This document shows, piece after piece, positions 27,745 to 36,145 of a stretch of DNA of 48,963 bases. The notes under the pieces are model-generated. The model saw only the letters and a list, made by a program, of their open reading frames with translations. It had not been told where the DNA came from and did not search any database. This DNA is from an uncultured Alphaproteobacteria bacterium (GTDB taxonomy: Bacteria; Pseudomonadota; Alphaproteobacteria; Rs-D84): contig CAMZDE010000002.1 of assembly GCA_947305255.1 (NCBI GenBank), positions 1 to 48,963 of the forward strand. The letters are read 5' to 3'. Positions within the stretch are counted from its first letter, which is position 1. Every line of letters starts with the position of its first letter. The position numbers and the translations under genes were made by a program.

Positions 27745-28116
27745 GAGATTGTTCCTTATGTTAATATTTTGACATTGTTACTTGTCTTTGACCAGTGATT
27801 AAACCATCGAGTGTCTTGATTAGTTTTGTTTTTTCTTTGTTTTATTACAAAATAGTAGAAAGCAGGATTGAAATCAATACAAAATAGGGATAAAATAGGC
27901 TCAAATAGAGAAAAAGGTTAGAGAAAACCAAATAAAAATCGCTCTTTTTGGGAACTATGTAATTTTGGGCACGTTTGTATAAACATCGGTCGAACAAGAG
28001 GTGTCTCGGATTTGCTTGCTTAGCTTTAGTAAAAATATTTCAAACCTAATACGACATATTCAGACAAAAAACTTTATTTTGTTTTGGTCAAGCATCAAAA
28101 CGGGCGTTTTAGATGC

Positions 28117-28144
28117 TTGACTTATTATATTTTTGAGCTAGAAT
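28117..28144 (+). promoter_or_regulatory. Sigma70-like promoter candidate for cysS
   Basis: TTGACT-16 nt-TAGAAT, 38 nt upstream of the cysS ATG. The -35 element is embedded in the 3' arm of a long hairpin (28087-28121). Confidence 0.45.
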
Positions 28145-28181
28145 CATAGGAGAAACAACACAAAAAATAGCGGTTATTACA

Positions 28182-29624
28182 ATGACAGAACAAATATCTT
28201 TTTACAATACGATGTCCAGAGCTATCGACAAAGTGGAACCAGTAGATGGCAAAGAAGTGAAAATGTATTGCTGCGGTCCAACAGTTTATAATTATGCCCA
28301 TATTGGAAATTTAAGAACATATGTTTTTGAAGATTTGTTGGCGAAAACAATTCGTTTGGCCGGTTATAAATTGAAACATGTTATGAATATAACGGACGTG
28401 GGACATTTAACCAGTGATGCAGATACTGGTGATGATAAAATGTTGCTAGCGGCCGAAAGGGAAAAAATGCAAGTGCTGGAACTTGCTCGTAAGTATGAAA
28501 AGGTGTTTTTCGATCATACCGCTGCTTTGGGAATAAATCGTCCTGATGTTGTTGCACGTGCTACGGAACATATTCCAGATATGATAGCTTTTGTAAAAAA
28601 ATTAGAAGAAAAAGGTTTTGCATACTTTTCTAACGGTAATGTGTATTTTGATACGTCTAAATTCCCAAATTATGGGCAATTATCTAAACAAAATCGCACT
28701 GAATTAAAACACGGTGCCAGAGTAGAGCAAGATGAAAACAAGCGGAACCCATCTGACTTTGTATTATGGTTTACAACATCAAAATTTGAAAATCAGGTAT
28801 TACAGTGGGATTCTCCGTGGGGGCGTGGCTATCCAGGTTGGCATATTGAATGCTCTGTTATGGCGATGAAATACTTAGGTGAGAGAATAGACATCCATTG
28901 TGGTGGTATAGATCATATTGCTGTTCATCACGAAAATGAAATTGCCCAAAGTGAGGCTTATTTGGGTCATAAATGGGTTAATTGTTGGATACATGCGGCT
29001 TTTTTGCAGATGAAAGATGGAAAAATGTCTAAATCAAAAGGTGAGTTTTTAACTTTGGATACATTGATAGCCAAGGGTTATAAACCAGAACACTACAAAT
29101 ATTTCTGCTTGACCTCTCACTATAAAACGTCTTCTAATTTTAGTTTTGATGCGTTAGATGCTGCTAAAAATGCTTACGAATCTTTGGTAAGCAAAATTAA
29201 AGAGCTTAAACAGTCTGTATCAGACAATAAAACCGTGGATATTGAATTAGAAAGTTCTTATATCAAGAAATTCAATAGCTTTATGTTTAATGATTTAAAA
29301 ACACCGCAAGCATTAGCGGTTGTTTGGGAAGTGTTGAGAAATCCAGCGATGCCACCAAAATCTAAACTGAATTTTATGGAACATACAGATAAAATTTTTG
29401 GTTTGTCGTTGGAAGGCATAATAAAAGAACGCGAAGCGGAATTGATGTTACCAGATAACATTTCTAAAATCATAGAACAACGTCAACAAGCTAGAATGGC
29501 GAAAGATTGGAAAAAATCTGATGAATTGAGAGATGTATTGCTTGATAAAGGGTATGGGATTAAAGATTTACCTAATAATCAATTCCAAGTATTTGCTATA
29601 AAAAAAAATTTAATTGAACGTTAA
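28182..29624 (+). CDS. cysS: Cysteine--tRNA ligase
   Basis: 480 aa. Class I motifs HIGN (YAHIGNLRTY) and KMSKS (GKMSKSKG), CGPTVY and WHIECS zinc/cysteine-site residues. Carries the ITDVGHLTSDADTGDDKM-type insertion. Confidence 0.95.
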   Translation: MTEQISFYNTMSRAIDKVEPVDGKEVKMYCCGPTVYNYAHIGNLRTYVFEDLLAKTIRLAGYKLKHVMNITDVGHLTSDADTGDDKMLLAAEREKMQVLELARKYEKVFFDHTAALGINRPDVVARATEHIPDMIAFVKKLEEKGFAYFSNGNVYFDTSKFPNYGQLSKQNRTELKHGARVEQDENKRNPSDFVLWFTTSKFENQVLQWDSPWGRGYPGWHIECSVMAMKYLGERIDIHCGGIDHIAVHHENEIAQSEAYLGHKWVNCWIHAAFLQMKDGKMSKSKGEFLTLDTLIAKGYKPEHYKYFCLTSHYKTSSNFSFDALDAAKNAYESLVSKIKELKQSVSDNKTVDIELESSYIKKFNSFMFNDLKTPQALAVVWEVLRNPAMPPKSKLNFMEHTDKIFGLSLEGIIKEREAELMLPDNISKIIEQRQQARMAKDWKKSDELRDVLLDKGYGIKDLPNNQFQVFAIKKNLIER

Positions 29625-29635
29625 TTTGTAAAAAA

Positions 29636-29660
29636 CGCACTTGATTTAGTGCGCTTTTTT
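29636..29660 (+). terminator. Intrinsic terminator after cysS
   Basis: CGCACT-tgattt-AGTGCG followed by CTTTTTT. Confidence 0.7.
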
Positions 29661-29683
29661 CTTGCCTATATGTCACGTACAAC

Positions 29684-29712
29684 AAAAAAAGCCGTCATCA
29701 GACGGCTTTTTT
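29684..29712. terminator. Bidirectional intrinsic terminator (second cysS terminator; also the terminator of the minus-strand peptide gene)
   Basis: AAAAAAA-GCCGTC-atca-GACGGC-TTTTTT. Confidence 0.75.
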
Positions 29713-29725
29713 ATTTTACAAATGA

Positions 29726-29839
29726 CTAATCATCGCTAGTGCAAGTACAAAAATTCGCTTCTTCAATAATCACAACCTGTTGAGCGGTTTTTTGCGTGGT
29801 TTGAGTTTTGTTTTTAGTGGTTTTAGTTTTTGTTGCCAT
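29726..29839 (-). CDS. Small peptide gene (37 aa), candidate RiPP precursor: MATKTKTTKNKTQTTQKTAQQVVIIEEANFCTCTSDD
   Basis: Hand translation of the minus strand: ATG at 29837-29839, SD AAGGAGA 6 nt upstream, stop at 29726-29728, terminator 14 nt downstream. Too short for the ORF track. Divergent from the radical-SAM operon. Confidence 0.6.
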   Translation of the reverse strand: MATKTKTTKNKTQTTQKTAQQVVIIEEANFCTCTSDD

Positions 29840-29986
29840 GATAATCTCCTTGGGTAGATTGGTTTGCACACTGTACACGGTACAATAGCATTACCGTTTT
29901 GTCAAGGCTATTATTACGTTAAAACTATTGATTTTTCTAAAAAATATTTCTAATCTGAACCGTGATAGGTTTTCAAGAGGAAGCGT

Positions 29987-30997
29987 ATGCATCTAAATGA
30001 GTTAACACATGTCACCTTTGCTATAACAAGAAAATGTAACTTATCTTGTATTTGGTGCTATGAAAATGCATCAAGAAATAGCAAAGAAGTTAAATTATCA
30101 GATGTTAAATCTGTTATTGATCAGTTGGCAAAATTACCTCGATTAAAAAGGCTTGTTTTTACGGGGGGAGAACCCTTTATGCATAGCAATATAAGGGAGA
30201 TTTTAGATTATTGTTTTGAGAAAAATATCAATCATGTGCACATAACGACTAATGCTACATTAGATATTGAGAAGGTTTTAAAAGATTATGTAGGTAAAAA
30301 TTTGTCGTTAAGTGTAAGCGTTGATGGTATGGAAGATGTGCATGATGCTATTAGAGGGAAGGGAACTTTTAACAAAACCATTTCAAATATTCAAAAAGCT
30401 ATTGCGTTGGGTTTTGCTGTAAGTGTGACAACAACGGTATCAAAAAATAATATTGAAGCTGCCGCAGCCTTGGCAGATTTCTTGAAAGAATGCGGAATAG
30501 TAAATTTAAAATTCCAAAGAATGCGTTCACTGGGCAAAGGTGCCACACAGAATGATTTGATATTGTCTCAAAAAGATAACAAGGTTCTCACAGAACGTAT
30601 TCTCAACATAAAAAAAGAAACGGTTGGTAAGATTGGTGTCGGTTATAAAGATCCATTTTTGAATACAATTGATTTAGAATATCTTGATAAGTATAAAGAT
30701 ATGCTAGATAGTTGTATTTGTGGCGGTTGTAGATGTGGTATGAGTTATTTGTTTATAACTGTAGACGGTGATGTGCACCCTTGTCCTTTCTTGAAAATCA
30801 AATTAGGTAATGCGTTTTCTGAGAACATAGGCGATATTTGGTTAAATTCTGAATTATTACAAGCTTTTAGGGTAAAAGAAAATTATAACAAATGCAAAGA
30901 TTGCAAGTTTTGGGGTGTTTGCCGCGGTTGCAGAGCAGAGGCATTTATCCATACCAAGAATATTTTTGGAGACGACCCCGGATGTTGGAGAAATTAA
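29987..30997 (+). CDS. Radical SAM enzyme with a full C-terminal SPASM domain
   Basis: CNLSCIWC (CX3CX2C) at residues 17-24. C-terminal CGMSYLFITVDGDVHPC (CX10GX4C), CKDCKFWGVCRGC and a final GCW. RBS AAGAGGAAG. Confidence 0.88.
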   Translation: MHLNELTHVTFAITRKCNLSCIWCYENASRNSKEVKLSDVKSVIDQLAKLPRLKRLVFTGGEPFMHSNIREILDYCFEKNINHVHITTNATLDIEKVLKDYVGKNLSLSVSVDGMEDVHDAIRGKGTFNKTISNIQKAIALGFAVSVTTTVSKNNIEAAAALADFLKECGIVNLKFQRMRSLGKGATQNDLILSQKDNKVLTERILNIKKETVGKIGVGYKDPFLNTIDLEYLDKYKDMLDSCICGGCRCGMSYLFITVDGDVHPCPFLKIKLGNAFSENIGDIWLNSELLQAFRVKENYNKCKDCKFWGVCRGCRAEAFIHTKNIFGDDPGCWRN

Positions 30998-31656
30998 CCC
31001 TTAAAGAGCAGAACGCAATTTCACAACTTGCTAAAACCGTTGGTACGGTGATTATGGTTATTGTTTACGGTTCCAGGTTGCACAAACTTAAAACTAATGA
31101 TATTGATGTCATATTTGTATGTGAGTCAATAACTAGCCTTGCCAAAATAAATACCGTAAATAATGAAATACTTGCAACTAGTGGGGTAAATATTCATCCG
31201 TTTATAATACCTTTGCACACGTTGATGTACAAGCTATCCTTGGGTGACCCACAGACATTGACATTTTTGAAATATGGTTTCATATTAAAAAATCTTTTGT
31301 TTACAAAGACATTTTTATCTGACTATATATCAAAATTGACCACAAAATCCGAAATTTATGAATTATTATTACAGAAATTGGATGATTGTTTGTTGAATAT
31401 AAAAAAATGTTTTAATTACAGGGATGCAAATTTTATTTTAATATCTATATGCCAATTGATTTGCAGAGATAACGGTTTTATTCCTCGCTTTCCAAATGGA
31501 GGTTTGTTTGAACAGGCGGCTTCATTATGCCCCAAACTAAGCTTTTTGATATTAGAAACAGCATCTGATTATAAAATAAACAAACGTTCATCTGAAAACA
31601 CAATTAAATTGATGGAAAAGCTTATTCAAAACTATAAAAACCTAAAGGGGTTATAA
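30982..31656 (+). CDS. Nucleotidyltransferase-fold (Pol-beta superfamily) protein with a helical C-terminal domain
   Basis: Start moved to MLEKLT, a 16-nt overlap with the upstream gene. VYGSRLHKLKTNDIDVIFV fits the G-S-x9-13-D-x-D minimal NTase motif. No HEPN Rx4-6H motif seen. Confidence 0.6.
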   Translation: MLEKLTLKEQNAISQLAKTVGTVIMVIVYGSRLHKLKTNDIDVIFVCESITSLAKINTVNNEILATSGVNIHPFIIPLHTLMYKLSLGDPQTLTFLKYGFILKNLLFTKTFLSDYISKLTTKSEIYELLLQKLDDCLLNIKKCFNYRDANFILISICQLICRDNGFIPRFPNGGLFEQAASLCPKLSFLILETASDYKINKRSSENTIKLMEKLIQNYKNLKGL

Positions 31657-32759
31657 TGGCTACTAAAAATACGTTTTTATTTTACGATAAGAATAGCAGA
31701 AAAGCCTTTGTCGCAAAAAACGTTCAAGGCACTTATAAAAATAATCCTGAATTGATGAACGAATTGGCAAAACACAACATTTCTGATGATAGTTTAAAAA
31801 ACGGTTCTGTTTCTGTGATAAAAGCAAATAAGAATTATTTTCAAGCTCCGCATCAAATAATGATAGAGCTTACAAAGAAATGTAATTTTAAATGTATTTA
31901 TTGTTGCATAGATTGTGAACATAATGTGTGCAATAACGATTTAACCCATGAAGAGTTTATACGGCTTATAGAAGATATTGTTAAACTGAAACCGAACATT
32001 GTGACATTTACTGGGGGCGAACCGTTTTTAAGGGAAATTACCCATAATGATTTATTTGATGCGATGGAAATATTAACAAATAATGGTATCAATTGTGAGA
32101 TATTTACGAATGGTTCTTTAATAAGTCGATATGCTGATAGAATAGGAAAGTTAAACATTCACAATCTGAAAGTATCTATTGATACTGTTATTGAAGCCGA
32201 GATGCATAAAATCAACCAGGTTATTGATCAACTGGAAAACGTCAAAAAAGGTATAGAGATTTTGACAAAAAACCACATTTCTTTTAGTGTGAATGCGGTT
32301 ATTTTAAAGCATAACTGTGATAATATTGATAAATTGATGGAATACTTATCAAAGCAAAGCATCAGAACTCTTGTCTTTATCAGAGCTTTACCACGTGGAG
32401 GTGGTGAACGCATCCAGCGAAATTTATTAACAAATACAGAATGGGAACAATTCATAGATAAAATATCTGGTCTTTCTAAAGAATACGGTTTTGATATGAT
32501 TGATAGTGGCAGTCATTCTTGCCCGCGTTGTAACATATTTAATACATGTGCTATGTGCAAAGCAGGAATTAGCTTTATGTTAATTAAACAAAATGGGGAA
32601 GTTTATCCTTGTGGATTTGCAACTAGTAAAAATATGGGCAATGTAAAGCAAAAAAATGTTGGTGAAATATGGAAAGATGCTGTTTGGAATGAATGTCGTT
32701 GCAACGGTGTGACGTGTATAACAAAAAGAAAAGATGTTATTACGTTGAAAAAAGTTTAA
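31656..32759 (+). CDS. Radical SAM enzyme with a ~70-aa N-terminal extension and a reduced (twitch-like) SPASM region
   Basis: The ATG overlaps the upstream stop (TAATG). CNFKCIYC (CX3CX2C) at ~residues 75-82. C-terminal CKAGISFMLIKQNGEVYPC (CX12GX4C), then only CRCNGVTC. Confidence 0.85.
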   Translation: MATKNTFLFYDKNSRKAFVAKNVQGTYKNNPELMNELAKHNISDDSLKNGSVSVIKANKNYFQAPHQIMIELTKKCNFKCIYCCIDCEHNVCNNDLTHEEFIRLIEDIVKLKPNIVTFTGGEPFLREITHNDLFDAMEILTNNGINCEIFTNGSLISRYADRIGKLNIHNLKVSIDTVIEAEMHKINQVIDQLENVKKGIEILTKNHISFSVNAVILKHNCDNIDKLMEYLSKQSIRTLVFIRALPRGGGERIQRNLLTNTEWEQFIDKISGLSKEYGFDMIDSGSHSCPRCNIFNTCAMCKAGISFMLIKQNGEVYPCGFATSKNMGNVKQKNVGEIWKDAVWNECRCNGVTCITKRKDVITLKKV

Positions 32760-32773
32760 GACCAGGTATTATT

Positions 32774-33538
32774 ATGAAAAGTGAATATATAGAACAGTTT
32801 ATTTGGGACAAAATTTTTTCCAAAAAGATTGCCAGTAAAAAATTATCTAATAAAAGACCGCAGCTTTATGGAAAATTGCTAAATGATGATACCATAGCAA
32901 TACTAAACGAGATATTAAAAGATAACAATCATATTTCTGTAATAGAGGCAGGTTGCGGTTCTGCTAAAAAAACTTTTAATTTAGCATTATCAAATACAAA
33001 CGTAAATCAAATCACAGCTTTAGATATATCTGCTCAGGCTTTGAATTATGCACGACAAATAACCCCCGATGCTCTTAAAAACAAAACAAAATATGTTCAA
33101 GCTAGTATTATGAATACTCCTTTTAAGGCTAGGTCTTTTGATTTGGTATGGAATTCTGGGGTCATAGAACATTATTCTGAAGCGGAAATAAAAAAGATTA
33201 TAAGAGAAATGTTTCGTATCACAAAAAAGAACGGCTATATCGTCGTTGCTATACCTAATATGAAAAATATTGCTGTTATAAAAGCTGCTTTTTTAGGATT
33301 ACCTTTGTGTAGAAAATATCTGAAGTTCATAAAAGGATATCGCAATACCACTGAGATTTTATATAAAGACAAAACAATCAAGAATATATTACAAGATACG
33401 TTACAAAGAGATGTTGTACTAAAATACGCTGGTGGAGCAGGGTTGATTGGGGTACCAGATTTTATTATCAAAGGCTTGTACAAATTCAGTAAAAATTCTC
33501 GTTTTTCTTTTATGTCATTTTTCATAGTAAAAAAATAA
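32774..33538 (+). CDS. Class I SAM-dependent methyltransferase
   Basis: Start at MKSEYIEQF. Motif I VIEAGCGSAK, post-I LDIS, and FDLVWNSGVIEH. Confidence 0.8.
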   Translation: MKSEYIEQFIWDKIFSKKIASKKLSNKRPQLYGKLLNDDTIAILNEILKDNNHISVIEAGCGSAKKTFNLALSNTNVNQITALDISAQALNYARQITPDALKNKTKYVQASIMNTPFKARSFDLVWNSGVIEHYSEAEIKKIIREMFRITKKNGYIVVAIPNMKNIAVIKAAFLGLPLCRKYLKFIKGYRNTTEILYKDKTIKNILQDTLQRDVVLKYAGGAGLIGVPDFIIKGLYKFSKNSRFSFMSFFIVKK

Positions 33539-33588
33539 TACCTCTTTGTAAAAGACGTATTATTTTTTAATTATTTGTGATAGATATA

Positions 33589-34656
33589 TTAACCGATAAA
33601 ACTAAAATCTGTTTTAGGAGTAATTTTATTTATCGTTTCAACCAATAAATTTATCGTAGATTGCACATCTTCAAACGAACACATTTCTGATGGAGAATGC
33701 AAATAACGACATGGGATACTGACCAGTGCAGAAACAACCCCACCACGAGACAATTGAAGTGGTTCAACATCCGTGCCAAATGGTCTGCCACTGGCTTCAA
33801 CCTGATAATCAATATTTTTTGTTTTCGCTGTTTTTTCCAACAGCTCAAACAATTTTGTGTTGATGTGTGGTCCGCGTGCAATCACCCCACCATTTCCAAG
33901 TATTACTTCTGCATCTGGAACTGAATCAGGTGTATCATTTGTAGGAATCACATCAACCGCAAACCCCACATCTGCTTGCGCTAAATATGCAGCAGTTTTT
34001 ATGCCGCGTACACCGACTTCTTCTTGTACAGAGGCGATTGCTTCTACTGCAACAGATAATTTTTGCTTAGACAACTTTCTCAAAACTTCTAGTGCAATAA
34101 ACGTACCGACTTTGTCATCACATCCACGGCAAGAAAAAGTGTTGTTTTGTAATTCTATGTACCCTTGATACAAAACCATTGAATCGCCAATTTCAACCAT
34201 TTTTTCTGCATCTTTTTTACTTGTGGCCCCTATATCTATAAACAAATCTTTTAATTTTGATGCAAGTTTGGTGTCTTCTATCTTGTGAATAGGTTTTTTA
34301 CCAACAACACCAAACACTAATCCTTTTCTGGTCTTTATCATGACCCGCTGACCTATTACAACCTGAGCATCCCATCCGCCAATTGCTCCAACTCGAAGAA
34401 AACCATCATCTGAAATAGTTCGTATTATAAGACCAATTTCATCACAATGTCCAACAATTACTATTTTGCGTTTTGCGTTTGGGTTAATTATAGCATGTGC
34501 AGAACCAACGGGGTCTACATAAACATTTTTAGTTATCTTTTTTGCTTCTTCAACCCAAGTTTTAACAATGTCTTGTTCGCATCCAGATGGAACAACCGTG
34601 CCTAACAGCTTTTTAAGAAATTCTTTATTTGATATTTGTTGTTTTTTTGTTGCCAT
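33589..34656 (-). CDS. M42 family metallo-aminopeptidase (glutamyl aminopeptidase / FrvX-YsdC-like)
   Basis: Start placed at MATKKQQ, behind the RBS AAGGA. VGHCDEIG, GCDDKVG, SVQEEVGVRG and YLHSPSEM are the M42 metal-ligand blocks. Confidence 0.82.
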   Translation of the reverse strand: MATKKQQISNKEFLKKLLGTVVPSGCEQDIVKTWVEEAKKITKNVYVDPVGSAHAIINPNAKRKIVIVGHCDEIGLIIRTISDDGFLRVGAIGGWDAQVVIGQRVMIKTRKGLVFGVVGKKPIHKIEDTKLASKLKDLFIDIGATSKKDAEKMVEIGDSMVLYQGYIELQNNTFSCRGCDDKVGTFIALEVLRKLSKQKLSVAVEAIASVQEEVGVRGIKTAAYLAQADVGFAVDVIPTNDTPDSVPDAEVILGNGGVIARGPHINTKLFELLEKTAKTKNIDYQVEASGRPFGTDVEPLQLSRGGVVSALVSIPCRYLHSPSEMCSFEDVQSTINLLVETINKITPKTDFSFIG

Positions 34657-35021
34657 CGACATTCCTTTTTTTGAAAACACAGAGTATAAATCCATACCTT
34701 TTTCGATTATTAAACAAAAAAAACGAACACGCAACTTTAATTTGTTATTATACTTCTTTTTGCGTAGTAAATATGTAGATTTTTTGTTTTATGGCTGTAA
34801 TTAGCCACAGAAAACACAAAAATATTAACAGACACACGGACTAAGATGTTGGTTCCCTGCGGTTTTTAAGAAATTATTTGTTGTGACGTACGGACTAGTC
34901 CGTATGTTTGAGTATATTTTTGGTAAAAATAGTTATTTTAGAAGTTTTATAAACAATCAATATTTTATCAAAATTCCGCAGAAATCCGTAGTGTTCCGCA
35001 TATATAATCTGTCCGTTTTTT

Positions 35022-35043
35022 TGACATACGGATTAACAGCAAC
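35022..35043. repeat. 22-nt exact copy of the tRNA-Asn-derived att junction (identical to 41837-41858)
   Basis: TGACATACGGATTAACAGCAAC occurs at both positions. It spans the tRNA-derived ...ACAG plus the island-side CAAC. Confidence 0.6.
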
Positions 35044-35367
35044 AGTTCTAGTGTCAAAAAAATCGGCTGTAATATGCAGAAATCAGGGATTTTTATTGTG
35101 TACTGTTGTATAAAAATGGAAAGTAGTATGCAAATATGTACATTTTTAGATTGGTCAAAAACAGTATTCAATAGTATAAAAAAGAGTACATTATATACAT
35201 TCTCACGCAACGAAATCGTGTGAGAGAGTATGTTTCATTTTTAACGATATCGTGAACGATTTCATAAACGATATTGTTACGATTTAGTTAATCAAAATCA
35301 GTTGCTAAAACACCGATTTTATACTAGGATTAAAATAGAAAAAAATAATAAAACAACGAGGTATAAA

Positions 35368-35493
35368 ATGGCAAAACAACATGAACCAAGAAAAGCTGTT
35401 TTTATAAAAAAGGGTTGGTTTTTGTTCTGGTGTTTGGCATGTCCGCCAATCGCCTTTCTATACGTCGTATGTGCAGATAGTATGGAGATATAG
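35368..35493 (+). CDS. Small membrane peptide (41 aa)
   Basis: MAKQHEPRKAVFIKKGWFLFWCLACPPIAFLYVVCADSMEI. RBS GAGGT upstream. One hydrophobic helix. The stop lies 1 nt before the next gene's ATG. Confidence 0.4.
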   Translation: MAKQHEPRKAVFIKKGWFLFWCLACPPIAFLYVVCADSMEI

Positions 35494-35494
35494 C

Positions 35495-36145
35495 ATGGAA
35501 GTATTTCTATCGACGTTTTTTGGTGCATTGGCGGCATTTTTATGTTCTGCTGTTTATGAATGGTTTAAAAATAGAACTCGACGCCAAGAATTGCTGACAA
35601 CATATTTTCATAATTTATTTACCGCTTTGCGTAATTTGACAATATTTGCAAATAATGCTCAGAATACATTGACCCAAGTAAAGATAAATCCAAATTATTT
35701 ACGATTTCCACCAATCAAAAATATTCAATTTGACTTCCATGAAGAAGATCTAGCTTTTGTGCAAAAACACCATGATTCCTTTTTTGATTCGTTAATTCAA
35801 TTGAAAATAGAATTAAACACAATGCATGAACTTGGTGAATTATATAAAGAAACAAGAGAAATACAATTTTTATACGATATTCACAATCGTATATTTGCTC
35901 TCGCTTGGCAAATAGTTATTACAATGCAGAATGTTAACAGCTATATGAAAAAGTATTATAAGACGGATTTGACAACTAAGCCAATAACAGATGGTTGGAA
36001 TAACGTGGATAAACAGTGTGACGAGTGGTTTGAAATTTTAAAAACATGGTCAGATCAAGAATTGGTTAAAGTGATAAAGAATAGTATAAAAACGATAAAA
36101 GAATCTTGGCCTATCGATTTTGGAATGAAAGAAGTGAATAAATGA
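35495..36145 (+). CDS. Hypothetical protein with an N-terminal TM helix (216 aa)
   Basis: Start at MEVFLSTFFGALAAFLCSAVYEW, behind GGAGA. The rest is helical with no recognised domain. Its stop overlaps the ASCH gene start (ATGA). Confidence 0.5.
   Translation: MEVFLSTFFGALAAFLCSAVYEWFKNRTRRQELLTTYFHNLFTALRNLTIFANNAQNTLTQVKINPNYLRFPPIKNIQFDFHEEDLAFVQKHHDSFFDSLIQLKIELNTMHELGELYKETREIQFLYDIHNRIFALAWQIVITMQNVNSYMKKYYKTDLTTKPITDGWNNVDKQCDEWFEILKTWSDQELVKVIKNSIKTIKESWPIDFGMKEVNK

Noticed and set aside
27960-28181. A T-box riboswitch upstream of cysS.
   Set aside because: No specifier-loop context and no conserved T-box sequence (…GGUGGUACC…) were found by eye. Only a hairpin overlapping the promoter is present, and it is reported separately.
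30892-30981. The track start at 30892 for the NTase-fold gene. Similar upstream starts are 32693 for the methyltransferase, 9992 for the MprF-like gene, 24567 for the large protein, 34734 for the M42 peptidase and 48584 for the integrase.
   Set aside because: These upstream extensions overlap the preceding gene or lack an RBS. Internal ATG codons with good Shine-Dalgarno sequences give N-termini typical of each family.
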